A DNA stretch of 64,000 nucleotides from Pseudomonadota bacterium. Lineage in GTDB: Bacteria; Desulfobacterota; Binatia; Binatales; Binataceae. Shown piece after piece: positions 27,939 to 38,118 of the stretch. The translations under genes were made by a program, and so were the position numbers. Position 1 is the stretch's first letter, and each line of letters starts with the position of its first letter. The DNA is taken from positions 32,344 through 96,343 of the forward strand of contig JAJPIG010000006.1 in assembly GCA_021324855.1 (NCBI GenBank), written 5' to 3'. The notes beneath the pieces were generated by a model. That model saw only the letters and a list, made by a program, of their open reading frames with translations, was not told where the DNA came from and ran no database searches.

Positions 27939-28435
27939 CTTGCGTCCGCCTTTAGTTTCTTCAGTGCCTGGTAAACATTGGCGCGCGCGCTCTCGGGTGA
28001 GCAGTTGAGCGATGCGCCGATTTCCTGGTAGCTGAGCCCTTCGATTTTGCGCATCACGAGCGAACGGCGCTGATTCAGCGGCAGCGTTTTGATCGCGTCA
28101 CTGAGCGCGATTGCGCGGTCGTGCTCCGCCGCGATCGCTGCGCGGTCGACGAAATCACCGCCGTCGGGATGCATCACGCGCGCCCGCCGCGTCCGATCGC
28201 GCACCCGATTGCGACACAAGTTGGTCGCGATTCTGAACAACCACGCGCCCACGATCGCGCCGGGCTTGAGGGAAGGATAGGCGCGGTAGGCTCGAAGCCA
28301 CGTTTCCTGGAAGAGATCGAGGGCGTCCTCGCGATCGCCCGTCGTGCGTATCAGGTAACGCATCAGGGCGCGCTCGTGGATGCTCACCGCCTCCTCGAAG
28401 GTCGGCGGAATTTTCAGGTTGCCGATGGTTGTCAT
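27935..28435 (-). CDS. ECF (group IV) RNA polymerase sigma factor
   Basis: Region 2 (LMRYLIRTTGDREDALDLFQETWLRAY) and region 4 (LPLNQRRSLVMRKIEGLSYQEIGASLNCSPESARANVYQALKKL); stop overlaps the downstream start (ATGA). Confidence 0.85.
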   Translation of the reverse strand: MTTIGNLKIPPTFEEAVSIHERALMRYLIRTTGDREDALDLFQETWLRAYRAYPSLKPGAIVGAWLFRIATNLCRNRVRDRTRRARVMHPDGGDFVDRAAIAAEHDRAIALSDAIKTLPLNQRRSLVMRKIEGLSYQEIGASLNCSPESARANVYQALKKLKADAR

Positions 28436-28498
28436 CTCGACCGTTATAACCCCGCGCCCCGGCCGGATGTGAAATGCCGGACGAGGGATATCGACAGG

Positions 28499-29284
28499 TC
28501 AGCGGGTCGTAAGCCGAAACAGACGGATGGCGTTATTGGTGACGATCTCCGACAGCGCCGCCGGTTCATTGCCGCGTAACGCCGCGACGGCTTCCAGTGT
28601 GCGCCGCAAGTACGCCGGTTCGTTGCGCTTTCCGCGATACGGCTCCGGCGCGAGATAAGGCGCATCGGTCTCGACCATCAGGCGATCATCGGGAACCATC
28701 GGTACGACGGCGCGGAGCGTGGCGGCGTTCCTGAACGTCACGATACCGGAGAACGAGATGTGAAAGCCGAGCGTCAGAAAGGAGCGCGCAGCTTCCGCGT
28801 CGCCGGTGAAGCAATGAATCACGCCGCCGGCGGGCGGCATCTCGATCTCGCGGACGATTTCGACGAGGCGCGCTTCGGCGTCGCGGCAATGAATCACGAT
28901 CGGCAGGTCGAGCGCGGCGGCAAGCTCCAGATGACGCCGGAACGCGATCTCCTGCGCTTCGATCGGCGAGCGCATGTAGTGAAAGTCGAGGCCGCTCTCG
29001 CCGATCGCAGCGACCTTCCGGGAACGCGCGAGAGCGCGCAGCTCGTTAAGCCGCGATTTGTCGCACGCGGCCGCGTCGTGCGGATGGACCCCGATCGCGG
29101 CGAAGACGCCATCATGATGCTCGGCGATTGCGACCGTCGCCCGATCGGTCTCGATCGTTCCAATTGCGCCGACCGCGATGATTGGTCCGACCTCCGCCGC
29201 TGCGGCCCGTTCGAGCACGCCGGCCAGATCGCTGCGCACCCGTTCATCGGCAAGATGGCAATGACTGTCGCAGAGCATCGGCAT
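28499..29284 (-). CDS. tatD: TatD-family metal-dependent hydrolase/DNase
   Basis: MLCDSHCHLAD N-terminus and later HCF/ETDAPYL motifs. Confidence 0.85.
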   Translation of the reverse strand: MPMLCDSHCHLADERVRSDLAGVLERAAAAEVGPIIAVGAIGTIETDRATVAIAEHHDGVFAAIGVHPHDAAACDKSRLNELRALARSRKVAAIGESGLDFHYMRSPIEAQEIAFRRHLELAAALDLPIVIHCRDAEARLVEIVREIEMPPAGGVIHCFTGDAEAARSFLTLGFHISFSGIVTFRNAATLRAVVPMVPDDRLMVETDAPYLAPEPYRGKRNEPAYLRRTLEAVAALRGNEPAALSEIVTNNAIRLFRLTTR

Positions 29285-29306
29285 GACATCGCGAAGTTCG
29301 GCCGGT

Positions 29307-31139
29307 TCACTCCACGGTCACAGACTTCGCCAGGTTTCGCGGCTGATCGACGTCCGTGCCGCGGTAGACTGCAATATGGTACGCGAGCAATTGCAGCGGG
29401 ATCGTATTCAGCACCGGCATCAGCATCCGGTCGCTCGTCGGCACGTCGATAATCTCCATCGCGACCTCCTCGAGCTCGGGCGTGCGATGGTCGGTGAGCG
29501 CGATGATTCGGCCGTTGCGCGACTCGACCTCCTTCAGGTTGGACATGGTCTTCACGAACACGCTGTCGTTCGGGATGATCACAACCACCGGCATGTCCTC
29601 ATCGATCAGCGCGATCGGCCCGTGTTTCATCTCACCCGCCGGGTAGCCCTCGGCGTGGATGTACGAAATCTCCTTGAGCTTGAGCGCGCCTTCGAGCGCG
29701 ATAGGGTAGTTGATGCCGCGTCCCAAATAGAGGAAGTCGCGGGCGCGGGCATACTTGCGCGCGATCTTCTGAATCTGTTTTTCGCCGGCGAGGATTTTTT
29801 CGATCAGCGCCGGCATCGTGAACATCGGCCGCAGCCGTTCCTCAATCTCCGCTTCGCTGAGCCGTCCCATCCGGGCGGCCGTATGGAGCGCGAACAGGTA
29901 ATACGATTCGAGCTGTGTGATGAAGCACTTGGTCGTCGTCACGCTGATCTCGGGGCCGCAGCGCGTGTAGAGCCGCGCGTCGGCCTTGCGCGCGATCGAG
30001 GAATCGACGGTGTTGGTCAGCGCGAGCATCCGCGCCCCCCGCCGCCGCCCTTCCTCCATCGCGGCGAGCGTGTCGGCGGTCTCGCCCGACTGCGAGACGG
30101 CGATCAGCAGCGTGCGCGCGTCGATCGCCGGATTGCGGTAACGGAACTCGGCCGAATAATCGACCTCCGCCGGGATTCCGCACAGCTCCTCGATCATGAA
30201 CTTGCCGACCAGCGACGAGATCCACGACGCGCCCGCAGAGACCATCACGATCCGCGCGATTGATTCGGGACCCTCGGGGCCGAACGGATCTTCGTCGAGC
30301 CGCACGAGCCCTGCGCCTGCGCTGACGCGCCCGCCGAGCGTGTTGATCCAAGCCTGCGGCTGTTCGGCGATCTCCTTGCGCAGGTAATGCTGGAAGCCTG
30401 CCTTGGTGGCGGCCACCGCATCCCATTCGATCTGCCGCGGCGGACGCGTAATCGGTTCGCCGGCGAAGTTCGACAGTTCGATGCCGCTGCTCCGCACTAC
30501 GGCCATCTCGCCGTCCTCAAGCACAATCACGCGCCGCGTATGTTCGAGCAACGCCGGGATATCGGAGGCAACGAAGTTCTCGCCCTCGCCAAGTCCGAGC
30601 ACCAGCGGCGTCGCCGTCTTGGCCGCGACCAGCGTGTCCGGCTCGGTCTCGGAGAGCACGACCAGAGAGAAGGAGCCGCGCAGTTCGGAGATCGCGGCGC
30701 GGACCGCTTCGGTGAGTCCGTCCTCCGCCTTCAAGCGCTCTTCAATCAGATGCGAAACGAGTTCGGTATCGGTTTCGGAAACGAGCTTATGACCGCGCGC
30801 GACGAGTGCCGCGCGCAACTCGACGTAGTTCTCGATGATTCCGTTGTGAATCACCGCGACCGGGCCGGCCTGATGCGGATGGGCGTTGGTTTCCGACGGC
30901 CGCCCATGCGTCGCCCATCGGGTATGGCCGATGCCGATCCTGCCCGCGCAGGGATTCTTATCGATGGCGCGGCGCAGATTTTCGAGCTTGCCGACCGCGC
31001 GTCGGATTTCGAGCCGGCCGTTGGCGGCGAGCGTTGCGATTCCGGCCGAATCGTAGCCGCGATACTCGAGCCGCTCGAGCCCGCCGATCAGAAGCGGATA
31101 AGCCTCGCGCGGCCCGACATATCCGATAATCCCGCACAT
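29307..31139 (-). CDS. glmS: glutamine--fructose-6-phosphate aminotransferase
   Basis: MCGIIGYVG N-terminal nucleophile, two SIS domains, ~610 aa. Confidence 0.9.
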   Translation of the reverse strand: MCGIIGYVGPREAYPLLIGGLERLEYRGYDSAGIATLAANGRLEIRRAVGKLENLRRAIDKNPCAGRIGIGHTRWATHGRPSETNAHPHQAGPVAVIHNGIIENYVELRAALVARGHKLVSETDTELVSHLIEERLKAEDGLTEAVRAAISELRGSFSLVVLSETEPDTLVAAKTATPLVLGLGEGENFVASDIPALLEHTRRVIVLEDGEMAVVRSSGIELSNFAGEPITRPPRQIEWDAVAATKAGFQHYLRKEIAEQPQAWINTLGGRVSAGAGLVRLDEDPFGPEGPESIARIVMVSAGASWISSLVGKFMIEELCGIPAEVDYSAEFRYRNPAIDARTLLIAVSQSGETADTLAAMEEGRRRGARMLALTNTVDSSIARKADARLYTRCGPEISVTTTKCFITQLESYYLFALHTAARMGRLSEAEIEERLRPMFTMPALIEKILAGEKQIQKIARKYARARDFLYLGRGINYPIALEGALKLKEISYIHAEGYPAGEMKHGPIALIDEDMPVVVIIPNDSVFVKTMSNLKEVESRNGRIIALTDHRTPELEEVAMEIIDVPTSDRMLMPVLNTIPLQLLAYHIAVYRGTDVDQPRNLAKSVTVE

Positions 31140-31142
31140 CGC

Positions 31143-32615
31143 TTACTTCCCGTCCCGCGCCGTCGCTTTGCCGTCGCTCGCGGGCTTCTGATGGCGTTTG
31201 CGCCAGCCTTCAGTCCATCCGGTCTTCACGGCCTGCGGATGGCGCGAGACGCAGAGCGCGCCGTCCGGAACGTCGCGCAGAACGGTAGTGCCCGAGGCGA
31301 CGTAAACATCGCTCCCGACCTTCACCGGCGCGACCAACTGCGTGTCGCATCCGATCATGCAACGGTCGCCGATCTCTGTCGGATGCTTGTCGTAGCCGTC
31401 GTAGTTGACCGTGATAACCCCGCATCCGACGTTCGTCTCTCGGCCGATCGTGGTGTCGCCGAGGTAGCTCAGGTGGCTCGCTTTGGAGCCGCGTCCGATC
31501 CGCGCCTGCTTGGTTTCGACGAAGTTGCCGATACGATTGTGACCCTCGAGGTCCGTGCCGGCGCGCAGGTTCGCGAACGGTCCTATTTCGCAATCCTCGC
31601 CGATGCGGCAGTCCTCGGCGCGCACTCCCAACTTCAAAAAGCTTCGCGCGCCGATCGAAACCTCGCGCAGCCATGCAGTGCCCTCGATCACCACGCCCGC
31701 GCCGATTCGGCAGCGGCCGAGAATCTGCACGTTGGGCCCGATCACCGTGTCGGCCCCGATCTCGGCCTCCTCGCTGATATAGGCTGTTGCGGGATCGACG
31801 AGCGTGACTCCCGACGCCATCAGACGGCGATTTGTTTCGCGGCGAATATCGGATTCCATCTGTGACAACTCCTCGCGCGAATTCACCCCGGCGAACTCCT
31901 CCGGATGCTCCGCGGTCCAGGCGTGAACTTTGAAACCTCGCCGACACGCGGCGGCGACGATGTCAGTCAGATAGTACTCGCCCTGCGCATTGGCGGGACG
32001 AAGCTCGCCGAGCGCCCTGCGCAACAAGTCGGAATCAACGAGGTAGACGCCCGTGTTGATCTCGTCGATCGCAAGCTCTGCGGGCGTGGCGTCAGACGCC
32101 TCGACGATCGCAGCGACGGCGCCCGAAGAATTGCGCACGATGCGGCCATAGCTTCCCGGCGATTCCGGCCGCGCGCTTACGAGCGAGAGCGGCGCGCCGC
32201 TCTCCCGATGACTTGCGATGAAGCGTTCGAGCGTCTGCGGCGAAATGCGCGGCATGTCGCCATAAACCATCATCACGTCGCCGCTGAAGCCGTCCGGGAG
32301 CATCCCCATCCCGACCCGCGCGGCATCACCGGTCCCCTGCGGGACGCCTTGGACTGCAAAACTGACCTTATTCCGGCCGAAGTGCGCGACGATCTCCGAC
32401 TCGACTTCGGCAGCGTGATGGCCGAGCACGACGATCGAGTGGTCGGGCGAGAGCTGGGAGATCGTTGCAAGCACACGCACGATCATCGGGCGGCCGCCGA
32501 TGGGATGAAGCACTTTCGGACGCGCCGAGCGCATCCGCGTGCCGAAACCGGCCGCCATGACAATGGCCGCCAATGGTTTGTTACCGGAGGTGACTCTGCC
32601 TGCGGGAGGTATCAC
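31143..32615 (-). CDS. glmU: bifunctional GlcNAc-1-P uridyltransferase / GlcN-1-P acetyltransferase
   Basis: LAAIVMAAGFGTRMRSARPKVLHPIGGRPM nucleotidyltransferase motif plus C-terminal left-handed beta-helix hexapeptide repeats; GTG start. Confidence 0.85.
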   Translation of the reverse strand: MIPPAGRVTSGNKPLAAIVMAAGFGTRMRSARPKVLHPIGGRPMIVRVLATISQLSPDHSIVVLGHHAAEVESEIVAHFGRNKVSFAVQGVPQGTGDAARVGMGMLPDGFSGDVMMVYGDMPRISPQTLERFIASHRESGAPLSLVSARPESPGSYGRIVRNSSGAVAAIVEASDATPAELAIDEINTGVYLVDSDLLRRALGELRPANAQGEYYLTDIVAAACRRGFKVHAWTAEHPEEFAGVNSREELSQMESDIRRETNRRLMASGVTLVDPATAYISEEAEIGADTVIGPNVQILGRCRIGAGVVIEGTAWLREVSIGARSFLKLGVRAEDCRIGEDCEIGPFANLRAGTDLEGHNRIGNFVETKQARIGRGSKASHLSYLGDTTIGRETNVGCGVITVNYDGYDKHPTEIGDRCMIGCDTQLVAPVKVGSDVYVASGTTVLRDVPDGALCVSRHPQAVKTGWTEGWRKRHQKPASDGKATARDGK

Positions 32616-32926
32616 GATTTCTTTTTGAAAAGCGCCTCCAGTTGATCCTTCGGTGATGCGCCCGGGGCGGCGGCCCGCGGTTTGCCCGATGGTGCGAAGA
32701 AATCGCAGAAGTTGGCGCGGTCCTTGTCGACGATCCGTTCAGCCATCGTCTCGCGGCACTGGTTGTTGTACGCGGGATCGTAAAACTCGCAGTTGAGGCA
32801 GACGTGCAGCGCCCGGTCGCATCGCGGGCAATGGTCGCGAAAGCCGACGCGCTCGCGGGTATCGACGGCCTCGCCGCACTTCCAGCAATTCACGATAAGG
32901 GCCGACCTTTTGCGCTCAAAAACCAC
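32612..32926 (-). CDS. zinc-ribbon protein (multiple CxxC pairs)
   Basis: 104 aa with CWKC, CPRC, CLNC and CDF Cys pairs; 4-nt overlap with the glmU start suggests co-transcription. Confidence 0.5.
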   Translation of the reverse strand: MVFERKRSALIVNCWKCGEAVDTRERVGFRDHCPRCDRALHVCLNCEFYDPAYNNQCRETMAERIVDKDRANFCDFFAPSGKPRAAAPGASPKDQLEALFKKKS

Positions 32927-32961
32927 TTGGTAGCATAGCGGTCAGGCAGGTGGGGTGCGAG

Positions 32962-33870
32962 ATGATTGCGGAGGTGGAGGCATTTGCGTCCGCGCTCGGA
33001 CGCGCGGCGCGAGCGTCGCGGAACACGGTTGCCAGTTACCGGCGTGACCTGATGGATTTTCGCCGCTTCCTCCTCGAACGTGGATGGGCGCTCGCGGGCG
33101 CCGAAAAAGTCAATCCCGATGCGGTTACCGACGATCATGTGCGAGGCTATCTGGCTGAGATGCTGAAGCGGGCGGCGCGCGCTACCGTGCAGCGGCGGCT
33201 GTTCGCGATCAAGGCGTTCTTTCGCTATCGCGAAGCGACCAGCGGTATCGCGAGCCCGGCGAGCGCGATCCGATCGCTTCGGACCGAGCGGCGATTGCCG
33301 GCCGTGCTGGGCGAGGAAGACGTCGAGCGGCTGATCGAGGCTGAGAGGCGATCGGACGAGAAGCCTGGGCCGGTGGCGCTGCGCGATCGGGCAATACTTG
33401 AAGTGCTGTATTCCACCGGCGTCCGGGTCAGCGAATTGGTGGCGATCAACTGGCGAAATATCGACGAAGAGCTGGGGATGCTCACGGTCGAATCAGGCAA
33501 AGGGGCAAAGGGCCGCATCGTCCCGATCGGCGAACCGGCGCTGGCTGCGCTCCTCGATTGGCGGCGCGTGATGCCCGTAGCGTGGTCGCCCGACGGCCCG
33601 GCGATCACCAACCTGCGCGGCGGGCGCCTATCCGTGAGAGCTGTGCAGAAGATCGTAAAACACCGGCTTGCTGACGCGGGAATTGCGGGTGCGCTCAGTC
33701 CGCACGGTCTGCGCCACTGCTTTGCGACTCATCTGCTCAACCATGGCGCCGACCTGCGATCGATCCAGGAGATGCTGGGGCATTCAAGTCTCGCCACCAC
33801 GCAGCGCTACACTCACGTGAGCGTGAAGCATCTGAAAGAGGTCTACCGACGTGCCCATCCTCACGCCTGA
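32962..33870 (+). CDS. xerC: tyrosine site-specific recombinase XerC/XerD-like
   Basis: N-terminal SAM-like domain ([13 protein letters not shown]), catalytic R...[39 protein letters not shown] with the terminal Tyr. Confidence 0.85.
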   Translation: MIAEVEAFASALGRAARASRNTVASYRRDLMDFRRFLLERGWALAGAEKVNPDAVTDDHVRGYLAEMLKRAARATVQRRLFAIKAFFRYREATSGIASPASAIRSLRTERRLPAVLGEEDVERLIEAERRSDEKPGPVALRDRAILEVLYSTGVRVSELVAINWRNIDEELGMLTVESGKGAKGRIVPIGEPALAALLDWRRVMPVAWSPDGPAITNLRGGRLSVRAVQKIVKHRLADAGIAGALSPHGLRHCFATHLLNHGADLRSIQEMLGHSSLATTQRYTHVSVKHLKEVYRRAHPHA

Positions 33871-34414
33871 TTCCGCCACTCAGTTCCATGGCACCACGAT
33901 CCTATGCGTGCGCCACGGCGGGCGCGTCGTGATGGCGGGGGACGGGCAGGTGAGCATCGGCTCGACGATCATGAAGCGCAGTGCCCGCAAAGTGCGCCGC
34001 CTCCATGATAATCGCGTGCTGGCGGGATTCGCCGGGTCGACCGCCGACGCGATGACGCTGTTCGACAAGTTCGAAGCCAAGCTGCAGGAGTTCGGCGGCA
34101 ACCTGCGCCGGGCGGCGGTCGAGCTCGCCAAGGACTGGCGGACCGATCGGATTTTGCGGCGGCTCGAGGCGATGCTGGTGGTCGCGGACCGCGCGGATGC
34201 GCTTCTGCTTTCGGGTGCCGGCGACGTGCTCGAACCGGACGACGGTCTGATAGCGATCGGTTCAGGAGGTAATTTCGCGCTTGCCGCAGCGCGGGCGATG
34301 GTGCGGCACAACCCGGACATGAAGGCCCGCGAGATTGCCGAAAGCGCGATGAAGATTGCGGCAGAGATCTGCGTTTATACCAACGATCAGCTTATAATAG
34401 AGGAACTCGCCTAG
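33851..34414 (+). CDS. hslV: ATP-dependent protease subunit HslV
   Basis: [37 protein letters not shown] aligns with E. coli [28 protein letters not shown]; only a GTG 16 codons upstream of the catalytic Thr is available. Confidence 0.8.
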   Translation: MPILTPDSATQFHGTTILCVRHGGRVVMAGDGQVSIGSTIMKRSARKVRRLHDNRVLAGFAGSTADAMTLFDKFEAKLQEFGGNLRRAAVELAKDWRTDRILRRLEAMLVVADRADALLLSGAGDVLEPDDGLIAIGSGGNFALAAARAMVRHNPDMKAREIAESAMKIAAEICVYTNDQLIIEELA

Positions 34415-34458
34415 AGGACGCGCTGCCGCGGCGAGCGCCGTTTAGGCCAGGATTGTTC

Positions 34459-35835
34459 ATGTCCGTACCGCACGTGATGACGCCTCGCGAGGTCGTTTCC
34501 GAGCTCGACCGCTATATCGTCGGCCAGCACGAGGCCAAGCGCGCCGTTGCGATCGCATTGCGCAATCGATGGCGCCGGCAGAACGTCGCGCCCGAGTTGC
34601 GTGACGAGATTGCCCCCAAGAACATCCTGATGATCGGCCCGACGGGCGTCGGCAAGACGGAAATCGCGCGCCGGCTTGCGAAGCTCGCCCAGGCTCCGTT
34701 CGTGAAGGTCGAAGCGTCACGCTACACCGAAGTCGGCTACGTCGGACGCGATGTCGAGTCGATTATCCGTGACCTTGCCGAAATCGCCATCAAGATGGTC
34801 CGCGAGGAGGAGCGCGAGCGCGTCGCCGTACGCGCCCGCGACGCGGCCGAGGAGCGCCTGCTCGATATCCTGTTTCCGCGCCAAAGCAAGGAACGCCGGC
34901 GCGCGGTCGTCACGCCCGAGGGCCAGCTCCAGGCTGACGAGGACGACAGTTCCCATCGGGAGACCCGCGAAAAGCTCCGCCGGCTGCTGCGCGACGGCCA
35001 TCTCGACGATCGCGAGGTCGAGATCGAGGTGAGCGCGCAGGCGATGCCGATGGTCGAGGTCTTTACGCCGCAAGGAATGGAAGAGATGGGGCTGAACATG
35101 AAGGACCTGTTCAGCCAGATCATGCCAAAGAAGACCCGCACGCGGCGCGTCAAGATTCCCGAGGCGCTCGAGCTTTTGACCCAGGAAGAGGCCGGACGGC
35201 TGGTCGACATGGAGGCCGTCACGCACGAGGCGATCCATCGCGTGGAGCAGTCGGGAATCGTTTTTATCGACGAGATCGACAAGATCGCGGGTCACGACGC
35301 CGCCCACGGTCCCGACGTTTCGCGGCAGGGCGTGCAGCGCGACCTCCTTCCAATCGTCGAAGGCTCCAGCGTCAACACCAAGTACGGCGCGGTCCGCACC
35401 GACCATATTCTGTTCGTTGCGTCAGGTGCGTTTCATACCACCAAACCCTCGGATCTGATTCCCGAGTTCCAGGGCCGCTTCCCGATTCGCGTCGAGCTGA
35501 AGGCGCTTTCCGGCAATGACTTCGTGCGGATTCTGACTGAACCGGAGAACGCGCTGACGCGTCAATACAGCGCGCTGCTCGCAACGGAAGGGGTAGAGCT
35601 TACGTTCACCGACGATGCGGTCGCGGCACTGGCCGAGATGGCCGCACAGATCAACTCCCGTACCGAGAATATCGGCGCACGCCGGCTGCATACCGTGATG
35701 GAGCGGCTGCTCGAGGATCTGTCATTCAGCGCGCCCGAGATGTCCAAGCAGTCGATTAGGATCGACGCCGCGTACGTCCATCAGCGGCTAGATCCGATTC
35801 TCAAGGACGAGGACCTGTCGCGGTATATTTTGTAG
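34459..35835 (+). CDS. hslU: ATP-dependent protease ATPase subunit HslU
   Basis: [17 protein letters not shown]...[18 protein letters not shown] Walker A; start ambiguous between TTG 34453, ATG 34459 and ATG 34477. Confidence 0.85.
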   Translation: MSVPHVMTPREVVSELDRYIVGQHEAKRAVAIALRNRWRRQNVAPELRDEIAPKNILMIGPTGVGKTEIARRLAKLAQAPFVKVEASRYTEVGYVGRDVESIIRDLAEIAIKMVREEERERVAVRARDAAEERLLDILFPRQSKERRRAVVTPEGQLQADEDDSSHRETREKLRRLLRDGHLDDREVEIEVSAQAMPMVEVFTPQGMEEMGLNMKDLFSQIMPKKTRTRRVKIPEALELLTQEEAGRLVDMEAVTHEAIHRVEQSGIVFIDEIDKIAGHDAAHGPDVSRQGVQRDLLPIVEGSSVNTKYGAVRTDHILFVASGAFHTTKPSDLIPEFQGRFPIRVELKALSGNDFVRILTEPENALTRQYSALLATEGVELTFTDDAVAALAEMAAQINSRTENIGARRLHTVMERLLEDLSFSAPEMSKQSIRIDAAYVHQRLDPILKDEDLSRYIL

Positions 35836-35941
35836 CTCGGGCCAGATTCGCCCTTGTGAGCCGGAGCGCCCGCTCGGCACCTGTTAGCAACCCCGTAACA
35901 ATTTTGTGCTAGTCTTTTCCGATTCAGGAATTGGAGTCGAA

Positions 35942-36868
35942 ATGAGCGAGCCGATGCAACGGGCGGAGGTGCTGATCGAGGCGCTGCCATTCATCCAGCG
36001 CTTCCGCGGCCAGACGATCGTCATCAAGTACGGCGGCCACGCGATGCAATCGCCGGAACTGCGCGAAAGCTTCGCGCGCGATATCGTGCTGCTGAAACTC
36101 GTAGGCATCAACCCGGTCGTCGTCCACGGCGGCGGCCCGCAGATCACGGAACTCATCGGCCGGTTGGGACTCAAGTCGCATTTCGTCCGCGGGATGCGGG
36201 TGACCGATCCTGAAACGATGGAAGCGGCCGAGATGGTGTTGCAGCGGCTCAACAAGGAGATCGTCGCGCTCATCTCGCGCCAGGGCGGCGTCGCCGTCGG
36301 GCTGTCCGGCAAGGACGGCAACCTGATCATGTCGCGCAAGATGCGGATGGTCGTGAAGGATGAGAACGGGCGGCGCAAGGCGCTCGACATCGGGCTCGTC
36401 GGCGACATCGTGGAGGTCAATCCTAAGGTCATCCGTACGCTCGAGGAGGCCGGCTTCATCCCGGTGGTCGCGCCGACCGGATACGGCCGCGACGGCCATA
36501 CATACAACATCAACGCCGACATCGCCGCAGGCAAAATCGCGGCCGCACTCGGCGCGCAGAAACTCATCCTGATGACCGATGTAGAGGGCGTCAGAGAAAA
36601 GGATGGGCGGCGCATCTCGACGCTCGATGTCGCGCAGGCCCGCCGCATGATCGCGCGCGGCCATATCAATGAGGGGATGATCCCGAAAGTCGAGTGTTGC
36701 ATCGATGCACTCCGCGCCGGAGTCGCCAAGACGCACGTGATCGACGGGCGCGTGCGCCACGCCATCCTGCTAGAAATCTTCACGCGCTCAGGCGTCGGCA
36801 CGGAGGTTGTGCAGAGCGCGCCGCGTGTCACCGAGATCCATCGACCGGCCCGCCGCCAGACGGGCTGA
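35942..36868 (+). CDS. argB: acetylglutamate kinase
   Basis: IVIKYGGHAM...NPVVVHGGGPQI...YNINAD motifs. Confidence 0.85.
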   Translation: MSEPMQRAEVLIEALPFIQRFRGQTIVIKYGGHAMQSPELRESFARDIVLLKLVGINPVVVHGGGPQITELIGRLGLKSHFVRGMRVTDPETMEAAEMVLQRLNKEIVALISRQGGVAVGLSGKDGNLIMSRKMRMVVKDENGRRKALDIGLVGDIVEVNPKVIRTLEEAGFIPVVAPTGYGRDGHTYNINADIAAGKIAAALGAQKLILMTDVEGVREKDGRRISTLDVAQARRMIARGHINEGMIPKVECCIDALRAGVAKTHVIDGRVRHAILLEIFTRSGVGTEVVQSAPRVTEIHRPARRQTG

Positions 36869-36890
36869 CAAAAAACCAGGCGGTACCACC

Positions 36891-38105
36891 ATGAAAAGCG
36901 CCGAAATCGTCGAACTCGCCCATCAAAACCTTGCCAACACTTACGGCTGTATGCCGCTTGCGTTCGCGCGCGGGGAGGGCCCGTATCTCTACGATCCTGA
37001 AGGAAACCGCTACCTCGATTTCTTCTGCGGGCTTGCTGTCACCAGCCTCGGTCACGCCCACCCGCGTATTGTGGCCGCAATCCGCGAGCAGGCCGGAATG
37101 CTGACGCACGTCTCGAACGTCTTCCATACTGAGCCGATGGCGCGGTTGGCGGCGCGTCTGACCGCGGTTTTCGGCGGCGGGCGCGTCTTCTTCTGCAACT
37201 CCGGTGCGGAAGCGAACGAGGCGGCGATCAAGCTCGCACGGCGATGGGGCTCGGGTGAGGGCGGCGGACGCTACGAAATCATCTCGACCATCAACTCGTT
37301 TCATGGCCGCACGCTCGGCACGCTGAGCGCGACCGGCCAGGAAAAGTATCAGCAGGGATTTCAACCGATGGTGCCCGGCTTTCGCCTGGTGCCTTACGAT
37401 GACGTCGCGGCGCTCGAGAATGCGGTAGGCAAAAACACGGTTGCGATCATGCTCGAGCCGATCCAGGGCGAGGGCGGGGTGGTGATGCCGAAGCCCGACT
37501 ACCTCGCGCGCGCCCGCGAGCTTTGTGATCGCGCGAAGCTCCTGCTGATCCTCGATGAGGTCCAGGTCGGGATGGGCCGCACGGGCCGTATGTTCGCGTG
37601 GCAGCACGGCAACGTCCGCCCGCATATCATGACGCTCGCCAAAGCGCTCGGCGGCGGCTTGCCCATCGGCGCGATGGTGGCGCGGCCGGAGATCGCCGCA
37701 AGCCTAACCCCCGGCAGCCACGGCTCGACGTTCGGCGGAAATCCGGTTGCGTGCGCGGCGGCGCTCGCCGTGATCGATGCTCTCGAGCACGATGGCGCGA
37801 TCGAGAACGCCGGCGCAGTGGGCGGTTACCTGATCGAGCGGCTGCGCGAGATCGCATCGCGGCTCGACAATGTTGCAGAAGTGCGCGGTCAGGGGATGAT
37901 CATCGGCGTGGTTCTGAAGCACGAGGCGCAGCCGGTTGTCGATGCGTGCGTCAAGGAGCGTTTGCTGGTGAATGCCGCGGCGGGCAACGTGCTGCGATTG
38001 CTGCCGCCGCTTACGCTGACGCGCGCGCAAGCCGATGACGGCCTCAAGATTATTGCGCGCGCTCTGGAAAGCGCCGCTGCGGCCCGCCGTGGAAAGGCCG
38101 CCTGA
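36891..38105 (+). CDS. argD: acetylornithine aminotransferase
   Basis: Class III PLP aminotransferase; LLILDEVQVGMGRTG PLP-lysine region. Confidence 0.85.
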   Translation: MKSAEIVELAHQNLANTYGCMPLAFARGEGPYLYDPEGNRYLDFFCGLAVTSLGHAHPRIVAAIREQAGMLTHVSNVFHTEPMARLAARLTAVFGGGRVFFCNSGAEANEAAIKLARRWGSGEGGGRYEIISTINSFHGRTLGTLSATGQEKYQQGFQPMVPGFRLVPYDDVAALENAVGKNTVAIMLEPIQGEGGVVMPKPDYLARARELCDRAKLLLILDEVQVGMGRTGRMFAWQHGNVRPHIMTLAKALGGGLPIGAMVARPEIAASLTPGSHGSTFGGNPVACAAALAVIDALEHDGAIENAGAVGGYLIERLREIASRLDNVAEVRGQGMIIGVVLKHEAQPVVDACVKERLLVNAAAGNVLRLLPPLTLTRAQADDGLKIIARALESAAAARRGKAA

Positions 38106-38118
38106 GCGACAACGAGCA

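Noticed and set aside
29283-31865. Long + strand ORFs (29283..30263, 30387..31865) across glmS/glmU
   Set aside because: Antisense to two strongly conserved housekeeping genes; Arg/Asp-rich, no domains.
32950-33870. Tyrosine recombinase as a marker of an integrated mobile element
   Set aside because: The sequence and neighbourhood (hslVU, dapF/lysA nearby) match chromosomal XerC; there is no attachment-site repeats, transposase or phage genes.
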